The notes below the pieces were generated by a model, which saw only the letters and a program-made list of their open reading frames with translations, had not been told where the DNA came from and made no database searches. Position numbers and translations under genes: made by a program. This document shows, piece by piece, positions 1-9,483 of a DNA stretch of 64,000 nt; positions within the stretch are counted from its first letter, which is position 1; every line of letters begins with the position of its first letter. The DNA lies in the sequence record NC_005260.1; one strand, written 5' to 3'.

Positions 1-538
1 CAGTCGTCGGAACGTAATCAACTGGGAACATCGTAAAGAAGTCGCTATTAAAGCGTTTGCCAGCTTCTGGAGGATGTCCTCTAACACTTGCTATAGTGAC
101 GTAGTGACTTGCTCCTATAACTTCGCCAGAGCATTTCATGTGCGCTACGCTCGGATATTTCATCTTGTCATAGACATCAACACACCAATCTCCAATCATA
201 TTGATTTTGTTTAGCGGCAGTCTTGCGTCATAATAACCAGAAACGTTAATTAGACCGGATTTCATTGTTTTGTCAATAACGGTTATACTAAGCGGAGTAA
301 GAAATCCAGCTTTGAAAACGGCGTTACCGTCAAACAAATGAACACTCGTTGTATATTCTTTCATATTGCCGAGTAGTTCAGCAACTCGCTTAGTTTGTCT
401 AGTTGGCTTTCTGTTTACAAATGGTCCGGACGGATGCACCGCGACGGTGACATCACATTTCTTTACACCTAGATTAACAAAGTCAACGTGCAAACCCGCA
501 CTATATGGCGGGTTTGCGATCATGTAATCAAAGTGCAT
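1..538 (-). CDS. N6-adenine DNA methyltransferase (catalytic NPPY part), truncated by window edge
   Basis: Not in ORF track; manual translation from ATG at 538: MHFDYMIANPPYSAGLHVDF..., open to position 2; FDxxxxNPPY is MTase motif IV. Confidence 0.75.
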   Translation of the reverse strand, partial: MHFDYMIANPPYSAGLHVDFVNLGVKKCDVTVAVHPSGPFVNRKPTRQTKRVAELLGNMKEYTTSVHLFDGNAVFKAGFLTPLSITVIDKTMKSGLINVSGYYDARLPLNKINMIGDWCVDVYDKMKYPSVAHMKCSGEVIGASHYVTIASVRGHPPEAGKRFNSDFFTMFPVDYVPTT

Positions 539-1256
539 GAGTGCTCAACCGTTCACCGTATTCGGTGCCCATGTTATACTCTTTCGCGATCTTCATAATA
601 GCGATGTTCATTTGCACAAGCTTTTCGCGCTCGCGGGTATAGTCTGCCATCATTACCTCAAGTTCTATGGCATGACGGCGCTTGATTTCTGCTTCCATTT
701 GTTTAATTTGGAGACGCAGATCATCGGTAGAAACTTCTTTGATGTCTTTCTCCACTTTAGTAATGATCTCCGGTTTCTTTTTCTTCGGTTCTTTTACCAA
801 CAGATCGATTTTGCGTTCAGGAATACGAACTTTCATTTTGAAACCATAGTCGGTGCGAATTGCATTGAACGGAGAAAATTCTTTCATTCGATCAAAAATC
901 GCATCGATAATTGATTGACTACCACGGCTGAATTCAAACTCAACCCAGTTCGCAACAATACCCTCGCCAATCTTTGTTACATTAAAACCTGCCAGCTCTG
1001 GAATGTGACCGTCAACGATGTAGGCACCGAATATCTCGTTTAAATGCGATTTATTGTAATAACGACTACCGACCATATTACCGACGTATCGACGTATGTT
1101 TCCGCGAAATCGCACGGAGTCGATTGTGACTTTGGTGCCAGCTGGCTTAGTGTGAGTTTCGCAAGCAATATTCAGAAATTTGTACCACTGATTGCGAGCA
1201 ACTAGCTTCCGTTTTTCGTTCATAATTTCTCCTATGAGAGGGCCCGAAGCCCTCAA
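528..1256 (-). CDS. hypothetical protein with C-terminal coiled coil
   Basis: ORF track 242 aa (true start probably MNEKRK); shares PERKI with 3494..4372. Confidence 0.7.
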   Translation of the reverse strand: MRASGPLIGEIMNEKRKLVARNQWYKFLNIACETHTKPAGTKVTIDSVRFRGNIRRYVGNMVGSRYYNKSHLNEIFGAYIVDGHIPELAGFNVTKIGEGIVANWVEFEFSRGSQSIIDAIFDRMKEFSPFNAIRTDYGFKMKVRIPERKIDLLVKEPKKKKPEIITKVEKDIKEVSTDDLRLQIKQMEAEIKRRHAIELEVMMADYTREREKLVQMNIAIMKIAKEYNMGTEYGERLSTHAL

Positions 1257-1453
1257 ATGTCAAACAGTGATGCAAGCCCAGGATGTTGTGGGAACTTCAC
1301 CTGTTTTGTGTTTTTGTCAATAGCCAATCCGGTTTGTTTAACAAACGCATCGAATTTTTCTTTAGAAGCAAAACGGACTTTGATCGTCCGTTTACCACTT
1401 TTCATTTTTTCGACAACGTGTTCCGGTGCGGCATCTGGGTTAACGTATGCCAT
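1253..1453 (-). CDS. small protein resembling the N-terminal domain of the adjacent glycosyltransferase
   Basis: 66 aa; IKVRFASKEKFDAFVKQTGLAIDKNTKQVKFP aligns by eye with IEFEFDNNDDVAEFSKLADLPLSDKTKSIWWP. Confidence 0.65.
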   Translation of the reverse strand: MAYVNPDAAPEHVVEKMKSGKRTIKVRFASKEKFDAFVKQTGLAIDKNTKQVKFPQHPGLASLFDI

Positions 1454-2652
1454 TATTCTTCCTCGTCGTTAGCATCTTGTTCGGACGCTTTGATGGATGT
1501 TAGCACCATTCCGTATTCATTGCAACCTTCTGGAATAACATTTTTCAGTTTCAGACGATTTGCGCGATACGGTGCGTAGTCTACCCAGTGATGCCAGCGA
1601 CCATTCATCCACTGCAATCTGGCAACGTCTGGATGCATGTCCACGATCATTTGCGACTTAGGCAGAGTACCTTCTTTCGAATAGAAAGCTTCGGTGTTAC
1701 CACCTGCCATTGCTTGAGTCACCAGCTTTCCAGTCAGATAAGCATTATATTGAATCGTGCAATGGCCGTCTTTCAGAACACGCAGACTCAAATCGGTATC
1801 TTCGTTATAGCGACCTCTCCAGCGATACGGGATATCGTTCAGAATGAGTAGGGTACTATAAATCCGACAGTTTTGAACGAATGGCGGCAAAGTCTCTTTT
1901 GGCACAGCAAAGAAGCGATAATGTGGACCAGCGATATACACGTTATCATAACGATCAACATGATCTTCCATTGCACGGAAGATAGCACCGCTATTAACGA
2001 TTGTGCGCTTGTTACCGTCAAGACGGAAGAAGTGCTGTTGGTTATCGTCCATTACCCAGTGGCGCTTGAACCCCATTTTCATAGAGTGATCCCACGCAAA
2101 GTTACGAGCTGCACCGGGACCCTTGCTTCGAGTTGTACCGAGATCATCAAATGTGTCGTATTCATCCAAGAATTTCTGATCCAGAATGATAACAGTCACG
2201 TATTCATGATCGACACGGCTATTATACTCTTCGAATTGAGATTCTTCTACCACGATGTAATGCTTGACTTTCATTCGTACCAAGCTATCGGAAGTCAATC
2301 GCTTTTCCCAACGGGATTTTGATACGATGTAAATCGGATATTTCGGCTGATTCAGGTCGGTGTAATCTGAGACATAACGAATAACAGAGTAATCGTCTGG
2401 TCCCTTCTTAGGCCACCAAATGCTCTTTGTCTTGTCACTTAACGGCAAGTCTGCGAGCTTTGAAAACTCGGCAACATCGTCGTTATTATCGAACTCGAAT
2501 TCAATCTCGGCATAAGCGTCGATGATATCTTTCGGCTCATATCGTGGCATTTGCTGCCAGTGATCCCAGGGATTATCTTCGTTGGCATATCGCTCATTGC
2601 GATAGATCAAATTACCATCTAAGTCTCTTGTTTTTTCTACTTGTTTGCGCAT
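1453..2652 (-). CDS. GT-A fold glycosyltransferase (TAGT/GREB1-like, related to T-even glucosyl-hmC glucosyltransferases)
   Basis: PIYIVSKSR, GPGAARNFAWDH, HWVMDDN (DxD-like), RYNEDTDLSLRVLK, AGGNTE motifs. Confidence 0.75.
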   Translation of the reverse strand: MRKQVEKTRDLDGNLIYRNERYANEDNPWDHWQQMPRYEPKDIIDAYAEIEFEFDNNDDVAEFSKLADLPLSDKTKSIWWPKKGPDDYSVIRYVSDYTDLNQPKYPIYIVSKSRWEKRLTSDSLVRMKVKHYIVVEESQFEEYNSRVDHEYVTVIILDQKFLDEYDTFDDLGTTRSKGPGAARNFAWDHSMKMGFKRHWVMDDNQQHFFRLDGNKRTIVNSGAIFRAMEDHVDRYDNVYIAGPHYRFFAVPKETLPPFVQNCRIYSTLLILNDIPYRWRGRYNEDTDLSLRVLKDGHCTIQYNAYLTGKLVTQAMAGGNTEAFYSKEGTLPKSQMIVDMHPDVARLQWMNGRWHHWVDYAPYRANRLKLKNVIPEGCNEYGMVLTSIKASEQDANDEEE

Positions 2653-2674
2653 CTTCTTTCCAATAATGAAAACA

Positions 2675-2711
2675 GTGATATAAGGATATCACCGTTTCCG
2701 TGTTTTGTAAA
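2675..2711 (-). promoter_or_regulatory. early-type promoter TTTACA-17-TATCCT with inverted repeat over the -10
   Basis: -35 at 2706-2711, -10 at 2683-2688, IR GTGATAT/ATATCAC. Confidence 0.55.
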
Positions 2712-2714
2712 CAA

Positions 2715-3494
2715 TTAGAATGTTAACAGGCCATCGCGAACTTTGTTGATTTCTTCGGTCAGTTCTTTTGCTTCTTTAACATACCGAGAACGTTCGTTTT
2801 GAAGTCTTGCGATTTCTTGATCCACATTTCGTTGCTTTTCAGTCAACAGTCGAATACGGTCAAACTTGTCGCCATAGTTCAGTTCGAGGAAACGATTGAC
2901 TTGAATCAAGTATTGACGTTTCATTTCGTTTTCGCTGACCGGTGGTCGAGCTGAGGTGATTGTTTGTTCTTGTTTCACAGTTTCTTCCTTCTTGAAGGGT
3001 TTCACCAGATCAGCGGCAATCAAAACTTTGTTTTCTTGCTTGAGATACGGCATCATTTTCAGCGGTTTCAGCGTCTTGAGATCCGTAGCCATAAAAATTT
3101 GGGCATCTAGTTGAAGAACGCCATTCACGACCTTGGCATAACCCAGCTTAACGAGGTTAGAGTCTGCCATTTTGTTCATCGTCTTAGCGCGTATCACCAT
3201 TCGAACACAATGGAATGATGTAAACTGATTGATACCGCGAGTAACAGAAGCAGAGTCCCATACTACGGCTTCATCGCCAACAGCAAGTTGAAACTTGTGT
3301 TTCATGTTCGTATCGTTGTGAAGACGATCGGCTTTCTTTACGTGTTCAGCGGTATAACTGTTGTACACGCGAGTTGTTTTTCCATTCACGGTAACGTTCT
3401 TGAAAAAGATGTGATTCAGAATCGCCCGGCAAGCATTATGCAGCTTGATATCGGCTTTCATCTTATTCCGATTAGATTTTACTTGACTACTCAT
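2715..3494 (-). CDS. hypothetical protein, coiled-coil C-terminus
   Basis: ORF track 259 aa. Confidence 0.75.
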   Translation of the reverse strand: MSSQVKSNRNKMKADIKLHNACRAILNHIFFKNVTVNGKTTRVYNSYTAEHVKKADRLHNDTNMKHKFQLAVGDEAVVWDSASVTRGINQFTSFHCVRMVIRAKTMNKMADSNLVKLGYAKVVNGVLQLDAQIFMATDLKTLKPLKMMPYLKQENKVLIAADLVKPFKKEETVKQEQTITSARPPVSENEMKRQYLIQVNRFLELNYGDKFDRIRLLTEKQRNVDQEIARLQNERSRYVKEAKELTEEINKVRDGLLTF

Positions 3495-4372
3495 TACGCT
3501 TCCTTAAAGCTATATTTGTCCAGAACTTGAGTCATGATAGTGATTTTCGGTTGCAAAGTCAACATCACCTCATGGTATTCTGCATATGCTTGTTGTTGTT
3601 CGGCTACAGCCAGTTCAAGCTGTGCCTGTGCTTGTGCCAACAATTGCTTGCACTGCTTAACACTAACACTCTTGGTTTCAACAACACGCTCCAATTTTTG
3701 AAGTTGAGCGAAACCAGGCAGAACTTTTTCGAAATCGATATCAAAAACATCTTGACTTTCAACTTCTTTTTTGCTCATTTCTTCCAGAGTTTGAGCGTTT
3801 TCGTTCCTGGTATTCTTATAAATGATATCAAACCCGACTGATTTTTTATCAGTTCTCGGCAGATAATCTTCACCGATTTTGCGCTCAGGAACAGTGATCA
3901 CAACGCGGCTCTTGTATTGAGTTGGATCACAATGCCACACGCGCATACCGGTTTCGCCGTCTTTGAATCCCCAGTTCTCCATAGAGAAGTGTTTGCCGAT
4001 GTTCGATTTCAGCAGCTTCTCTGGGACTTCGGATTTGAAATACAATGCGAGTTGTGTAGGAGAAATCACACGATATTGCCAACCGCTCGTTTGAAGACTC
4101 GGCCAAATCGGACGCAGTTTCTCGTACTGATCATATTCTGCATTGATGTTGTTATATAACGGTTTGGTAAAGAAACTGTCGGTGCCGAACATCGCCACGA
4201 ATGCGGATGCAATGTTAACCAGATTGGTGCTAGAAAACATATTGCCTTCTCGCAGGCGAGTAAGGGTTTTGCCGTCTACAGTCACGTTTTCGCAGAACAG
4301 ATTTTGTTCCATACGGATAAGAAAGTTCTTGAATTTCTTATCCTTGAATACTACTTTACGAGCTTCTTTCAT
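3494..4372 (-). CDS. hypothetical protein, coiled-coil C-terminus
   Basis: ORF track 292 aa, abuts neighbour. Confidence 0.75.
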   Translation of the reverse strand: MKEARKVVFKDKKFKNFLIRMEQNLFCENVTVDGKTLTRLREGNMFSSTNLVNIASAFVAMFGTDSFFTKPLYNNINAEYDQYEKLRPIWPSLQTSGWQYRVISPTQLALYFKSEVPEKLLKSNIGKHFSMENWGFKDGETGMRVWHCDPTQYKSRVVITVPERKIGEDYLPRTDKKSVGFDIIYKNTRNENAQTLEEMSKKEVESQDVFDIDFEKVLPGFAQLQKLERVVETKSVSVKQCKQLLAQAQAQLELAVAEQQQAYAEYHEVMLTLQPKITIMTQVLDKYSFKEA

Positions 4373-4374
4373 TA

Positions 4375-4629
4375 TTAAGCCTCCATCATCTTGATGTAGT
4401 TCAGGATATCCTCAAAGTTGAAGCTTTCGATGCCAACGCCAACAATATCTTGAATGACATAGCAATCGCGCTCAAAATCTTCGCTGTGGTACAGGCTGAT
4501 TTCGTAGTAATGTTCCGCTTTGGTAAACACTACCAGAACTTCGTTACTTTCGGCATTGATATGATCAACACATTCGAGATTAGAGAGTTGAGCCAACATG
4601 ATAACTTCCTCTTGTTTTGATATGTCCAT
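4375..4629 (-). CDS. hypothetical protein
   Basis: ORF track; true start probably MLAQLS, downstream of a TTGACA-16-TAATAT promoter at ~4630-4657. Confidence 0.6.
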   Translation of the reverse strand: MDISKQEEVIMLAQLSNLECVDHINAESNEVLVVFTKAEHYYEISLYHSEDFERDCYVIQDIVGVGIESFNFEDILNYIKMMEA

Positions 4630-4638
4630 ATTATCACA

Positions 4639-5148
4639 CTAATATTCGGTGTCAAGCACTTTTCTAGCGTGATCCACCTTTTTTACACATTGAATCAATT
4701 CGCTAATCTTGTCTTTCTTGATAACAAGCGTGGTAAACTCACCACCGCTGTTCATATCAAAGATAACATCTTGCTTAGACGTTCTAACACCAAGCCTAGA
4801 GTTCTTGATCTTCATTCTGCCAACCTGTATGTTAGCTGATTTGAATCTCGACTCGGTAACAATCGAATCAGACCGTTCCATGAAACTAACGAATCGATCA
4901 TGATCTACTCGATTCGGCAACTGAAACCAAACTTTCTTATTGAAATTCTCAGTTACCTCCATAACAGTCGTGTGATCTTTGATATAAAAAGAGATTGTGT
5001 AAAACTGATTTACACCTACACCGGAACAAGCAACAACTTCCTTATTACCGGCGTTTAGTCTTGAATAGAACTCTTGATCACTCACAATAGCAGCGTTGGC
5101 AGATGTTACTGCCAACGCGATTGCAAGATTACTCCAGAGATTCTTCAC
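4639..5148 (-). CDS. predicted exported protein
   Basis: Probable GTG start at 5148 gives signal peptide VKNLWSNLAIALAVTSANA. Confidence 0.6.
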   Translation of the reverse strand: MKNLWSNLAIALAVTSANAAIVSDQEFYSRLNAGNKEVVACSGVGVNQFYTISFYIKDHTTVMEVTENFNKKVWFQLPNRVDHDRFVSFMERSDSIVTESRFKSANIQVGRMKIKNSRLGVRTSKQDVIFDMNSGGEFTTLVIKKDKISELIQCVKKVDHARKVLDTEY

Positions 5149-5479
5149 ATTCTTCAGGCAGAACGGAATCATCACACAGCACCTCTTCCTCGTTAGTACC
5201 ATTTTCAACTTGCTGATCATTACCATTTTGCATAGCATTCATAAGCATCATGGTAGTTACTACGTTAGCGGCAGTGTTGGTATGAACGGCCGCATTGCTT
5301 ACAGTAACAGGACGAGATACCGGAGCACTCACGGTCATTGGACGCGATACAGTCATCGGGCGGCTAATGGTCATAGGACGACTCATACTGATAGCAGCGT
5401 GAGCAGTAGACATACCAAGAGCAAACAGAGCAATAGCGATAACAGACTTTTTCATTTGAACCCCATAAAGAATAGACAT
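5129..5479 (-). CDS. exported protein with SRPMT repeats
   Basis: MKKSVIAIALFALGMSTAHA signal peptide followed by SRPMT(I/V) repeats. Confidence 0.65.
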   Translation of the reverse strand: MSILYGVQMKKSVIAIALFALGMSTAHAAISMSRPMTISRPMTVSRPMTVSAPVSRPVTVSNAAVHTNTAANVVTTMMLMNAMQNGNDQQVENGTNEEEVLCDDSVLPEECEESLE

Positions 5480-5567
5480 AAAAACATGATAAACATTTGA
5501 ACAAGTGTTTCCACTTTCTTAACCCTCTTGATAGAAGTCTAAGAAAGTGGGGACAAGCCCCACGATT

Positions 5568-5831
5568 TTAATCTACTTTACGAATGCCGTATTGATAACC
5601 CAACATTTTAACTTTGTTTTCAAACTGGCAAGCTTTCTTGAAATCTTCGATTGTGATGTTGGCAGTATACGCTATCACATGACCAACTTTAGAACGAACC
5701 GGAGTAACATTCATCACTTCCATCGCAATGCGGATTTTGAAATCGGCAGTGATATCGATGTAGCGATTAGCTGGAACATTAACAGTGAATACATATTTCA
5801 TAACAAGCTCCTCATCAGAAAGTGGAGTCAT
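5568..5831 (-). CDS. hypothetical protein
   Basis: ORF track 87 aa. Confidence 0.55.
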   Translation of the reverse strand: MTPLSDEELVMKYVFTVNVPANRYIDITADFKIRIAMEVMNVTPVRSKVGHVIAYTANITIEDFKKACQFENKVKMLGYQYGIRKVD

Positions 5832-5865
5832 TATCTATGGATTACCAACAACAGTCAACAACTTT

Positions 5866-6408
5866 TTACCGAAAATCAGAAACTTTTGAATGATTCACGC
5901 TTTGATCTTGCTCCACGGCAGCGTTCATCTGAGAACAACCTTGCATCATTGCATACGGATTGGTATGCATCAGATTAGAGCCAATCGCAACGCCTTCCTC
6001 AAAACCAGATTGCACTTTAGCGGAATCATAGTTCGGATTCTTCTTCGCTTCTTCAATCATTCGAGTGCGGAACACGTTATAATAGGCATCGTTGCTCATA
6101 CGCGCTTGAGCACACTTACTGGTAACACCCAGACCGCGACCGATGTTATATGAGAATGCTTCGGCTTCTTGCTTGGCAATGTTGGCATCGATTCGCTTTT
6201 GATCTTCTACTGCCCAAGCTTTATATTCAGCTTCTTGCTTGTTGCGGATCTCGCGCTCTTGCATATTGATTGTCAGTTGCTTGTCTTGCTCTTCCAACTG
6301 CTTTAGATACGCTACCTGTTGGTGTTGAGCGTCGATATCGTACTGGTCAGACGGCATAGAAGCGCAACCAGTCAGCAGAAGTCCAGCGATAAGAATCAAA
6401 CGTTTCAT
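5866..6408 (-). CDS. predicted lipoprotein
   Basis: Lipobox LLLTGC at residue 16. Confidence 0.75.
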   Translation of the reverse strand: MKRLILIAGLLLTGCASMPSDQYDIDAQHQQVAYLKQLEEQDKQLTINMQEREIRNKQEAEYKAWAVEDQKRIDANIAKQEAEAFSYNIGRGLGVTSKCAQARMSNDAYYNVFRTRMIEEAKKNPNYDSAKVQSGFEEGVAIGSNLMHTNPYAMMQGCSQMNAAVEQDQSVNHSKVSDFR

Positions 6409-6776
6409 TTTGCACCCACACAGTTGGCGAAACTACGGAAATTCACGTTATCAAGTTCTACCATAACGCGATCATTTTTCAACACAACATCTTGACCAGA
6501 TTTGCTCGCGATCTCTTCTTTGCTCATTTCAAAGAATACATGAGTCGGATCAACTGGATTAAACGGGTCAGTACCGTAATCGGTAACAGCTACACCAGAT
6601 TTTGCGCCAACAGTTGCATACGAAATCAGGGTACGGCTTTCTTTGTCGTGTTTAACGAAAGTCTGGCACTCGATATGAGCAGCATTGGCACTCATAGAAA
6701 ACAAAGCAAGGATAATCAATTTTTTCATTTTGTTTCGCGACCCACTAACGATAGCTCTAAGAATGCCCCCATTCAC
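6405..6776 (-). CDS. predicted exported protein
   Basis: Internal MKKLIILALFSMSANA signal peptide. Confidence 0.65.
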   Translation of the reverse strand: MNGGILRAIVSGSRNKMKKLIILALFSMSANAAHIECQTFVKHDKESRTLISYATVGAKSGVAVTDYGTDPFNPVDPTHVFFEMSKEEIASKSGQDVVLKNDRVMVELDNVNFRSFANCVGAK

Positions 6777-6850
6777 CTAGCACAAACGTTTAATAAGTTA
6801 AAAGTTAGTGTAAGAAAAGAGCTACCGTTAGTGGGTCCCGCCTCCCACTA

Positions 6851-7384
6851 TTAGTTCAGATAAGTCGTTGCAGTTGATACACAATCAGCAACCATGGAAC
6901 TCATGTCTTTGATATCAACAGCATAGCCACCGACCAAAGATGTATCGTCTTGAACACCAATGTAAACTTCTTTGGTAGCGTATTTTTCGACGCTTACAGT
7001 TACACCGTTGGAAGATTTGTATTCGTGCTGATAGAATTCATCATCTACGAGTTCAGCAACATCACCATCGGCAACGAGTTTGATTTGACGCGCAAACTCA
7101 ACGGCAGTATCTTTGCTCATCGCAGCGAACATTGGACCCATTGCTTGTTGACCTTCCAGCATGTAGCCGATCATGACAACGGTGTTTGATTTCAGATTCA
7201 CACCGACACCAATTTGTTCTGGACCAACTTCACCTTGAAAGTCGATGGTACAAACGTTGGCACTATGTTTTGCTGTCAGTTGTGCTTGAACTTCGTCCAT
7301 AGTCAGTTGGGTGAAGTTTTCGGCGGGAGCGGCATTCGCGATTGCGGAGAAGCCGAACATCAGTGCAAGTAAAGTCTTTTTCAT
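6851..7384 (-). CDS. predicted exported protein
   Basis: MKKTLLALMFGFSAIANA signal peptide. Confidence 0.75.
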   Translation of the reverse strand: MKKTLLALMFGFSAIANAAPAENFTQLTMDEVQAQLTAKHSANVCTIDFQGEVGPEQIGVGVNLKSNTVVMIGYMLEGQQAMGPMFAAMSKDTAVEFARQIKLVADGDVAELVDDEFYQHEYKSSNGVTVSVEKYATKEVYIGVQDDTSLVGGYAVDIKDMSSMVADCVSTATTYLN

Positions 7385-7407
7385 GATTTAATCTCTTTGT
7401 TGATTCA

Positions 7408-7728
7408 TTATGGAACTATGGTAATTTGTTTCGCGACTTCTGTCAACGTGTTTTTGAATGTTTTTGCTTGTTCTAGTTGAGATTCACCAAACACCTGAAC
7501 GATCTGCCACTTATAGATGTTATCGAAATCGGAAGTCTCATGAGAATAAACACTTTGCAGAACTACCCAACAATCGGTGTATGCATAATTCGGTGAACCC
7601 CAAGTAACGCCTTTGTACACTCGTTTAGTAGCGAATGCAACGGCATACGCACCGCGTGGAACTGGACCATCAAACGTGCTATCATTCATTTCATAGTTTT
7701 CATTTCGGAAAACATACATCATAATCAT
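7408..7728 (-). CDS. hypothetical protein
   Basis: ORF track 106 aa, coupled to neighbour. Confidence 0.65.
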   Translation of the reverse strand: MIMMYVFRNENYEMNDSTFDGPVPRGAYAVAFATKRVYKGVTWGSPNYAYTDCWVVLQSVYSHETSDFDNIYKWQIVQVFGESQLEQAKTFKNTLTEVAKQITIVP

Positions 7729-8192
7729 TCCTCAAATGTCAGTAGCGTGATAACTCGGTCATCTTGGCGAATGATCCGAACATCGTCGGGTGGATTTTTA
7801 ACGTAGTTTCTGATTTCGTTTTGTAACTTATCAGTGAACATCCCATGACGATTCGCCCATCTGATCTTCATCATATCGCTATCGGTGATAGGATACAAGC
7901 CGTATTCCAGTTTAATCTGTTCTTCGTCGAATCTGTAGTTTCGAATTCGCTCCATGTACCGAACAAGAAAATGATCCGATAGATTCAAGCAACCAACTGT
8001 TCGCCATGTGTTATAACAAAAGTTGTCTTGAATTCTACCATTAGCCCAATCACCCGGCAAGACAGTTCGTTCCACGCTGTTCAGAATGCGGTGGCTTTCT
8101 GCGATGCAATCATTAATTCGTTGAATTTCTTGATTGATTTTCAGAACTTTTGCCGGGCGCACTCTCCGAAGTCTACGCCCTTGCATACTCAT
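7725..8192 (-). CDS. hypothetical protein
   Basis: ORF track 155 aa. Confidence 0.65.
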   Translation of the reverse strand: MSMQGRRLRRVRPAKVLKINQEIQRINDCIAESHRILNSVERTVLPGDWANGRIQDNFCYNTWRTVGCLNLSDHFLVRYMERIRNYRFDEEQIKLEYGLYPITDSDMMKIRWANRHGMFTDKLQNEIRNYVKNPPDDVRIIRQDDRVITLLTFEE

Positions 8193-8833
8193 TTCCCCAG
8201 ATAAAAATCAATTGCCTTGTGTGGGTCAACAAAGATTTTGATGCCTTTGTCCGATACATCACATTCATTGCCGTTGTCTGTTCTTTTGAAACTATGCCGA
8301 GTTTCGGTATGATCGCAATACCAAGTCTTATCGTCGATCTCTCGCGTTTCTCTAGTGTTGTTACTATACACTTTATGATCTCGGATTTCAATCGGCATTT
8401 GTCTGATTTCGTTATGATAGAACACCGCGTACTTTAGTTCTACATTCGAATCCATATGAAGCAAAACGGATTCATACTTAGTCAACTCCATGTTATTGAG
8501 TCGATTCACATATGCCATCGCCTCATGTTCGGTGTTAAAAACGCGATTGACGTTATACGGCTCATAATGAGCTCCTTCCATCGTGACATTGAAATCACCA
8601 TAGAATATCTCCCGAAATCTACCGGTGCCGGTCAGTTGAATAGTAGTCTTTCGGTCATGAATCGCAACAACTTTGCCAGACACACAAGACGCGGTCAATC
8701 GGTCATTCTGCCTCATTACAGAGACGACATACAATATCTTTTCATACTGAATTTGTGATTTCTTTGTAACTAACATGATGATTTCCTCTTGTTTTTGACA
8801 ATAGGCACTCACCAGAATGCCTATCAGCAACAC
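8189..8833 (-). CDS. hypothetical protein
   Basis: ORF track; true start probably MLVTKK after GAGGAAATCATC. Confidence 0.65.
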   Translation of the reverse strand: MLLIGILVSAYCQKQEEIIMLVTKKSQIQYEKILYVVSVMRQNDRLTASCVSGKVVAIHDRKTTIQLTGTGRFREIFYGDFNVTMEGAHYEPYNVNRVFNTEHEAMAYVNRLNNMELTKYESVLLHMDSNVELKYAVFYHNEIRQMPIEIRDHKVYSNNTRETREIDDKTWYCDHTETRHSFKRTDNGNECDVSDKGIKIFVDPHKAIDFYLGK

Positions 8834-9373
8834 TTAGATCAGATCTTTCAGTTTAACGACAGTTGGAACATATACCTTGGCGCTGAACATTTCCTGTTCA
8901 ATCATATGAGTTTTAAGCTCATTTTTTGACATTTCTACCTGTTTGCCATTGAAAATCAAAGTGTATTTGTCGGAAGAAACATCAATCGATTTGTTTTCTG
9001 TCTTAACAGAACCTAGGATTTCCGGATAAGGGAAGGATGGACGAGTTTCGATCATTTTAAACTTGTCCAAGTTTGGAATAGACATATCACTAATAGTACA
9101 AATGTCGAAGATCTCGGTGCAATTACTTTCCGCAACATGAACCAAACGACAGGAGCCAGATTTTGCTTTAACTCGCTGGTATTTTCCGTTATCATCCATA
9201 TACCATGCTTCGATCTGATAACGGGAGTGGTATTTTACTTTTCCTTGATACACACTTTTGGAGTGATCTCGCTCTACAACTTTGCCAAAGATTCCCTCAA
9301 ATGTGCCGCTAGTAGTGCCGATGATATCACCGATGGAAAACTTGTGTTCTGGCTTGATGTTTTGCATTTTCAT
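8834..9373 (-). CDS. hypothetical protein
   Basis: ORF track 179 aa. Confidence 0.65.
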   Translation of the reverse strand: MKMQNIKPEHKFSIGDIIGTTSGTFEGIFGKVVERDHSKSVYQGKVKYHSRYQIEAWYMDDNGKYQRVKAKSGSCRLVHVAESNCTEIFDICTISDMSIPNLDKFKMIETRPSFPYPEILGSVKTENKSIDVSSDKYTLIFNGKQVEMSKNELKTHMIEQEMFSAKVYVPTVVKLKDLI

Positions 9374-9483
9374 TCTCTCTTTTTCAGTTGATTTGATTGT
9401 TTCGATGTAGCTATATTAACAGGATGATTTTGTCTGTCAACGCTTTTCGACAATGGACACTAATTAAAGTGCCCATTAGCAAA

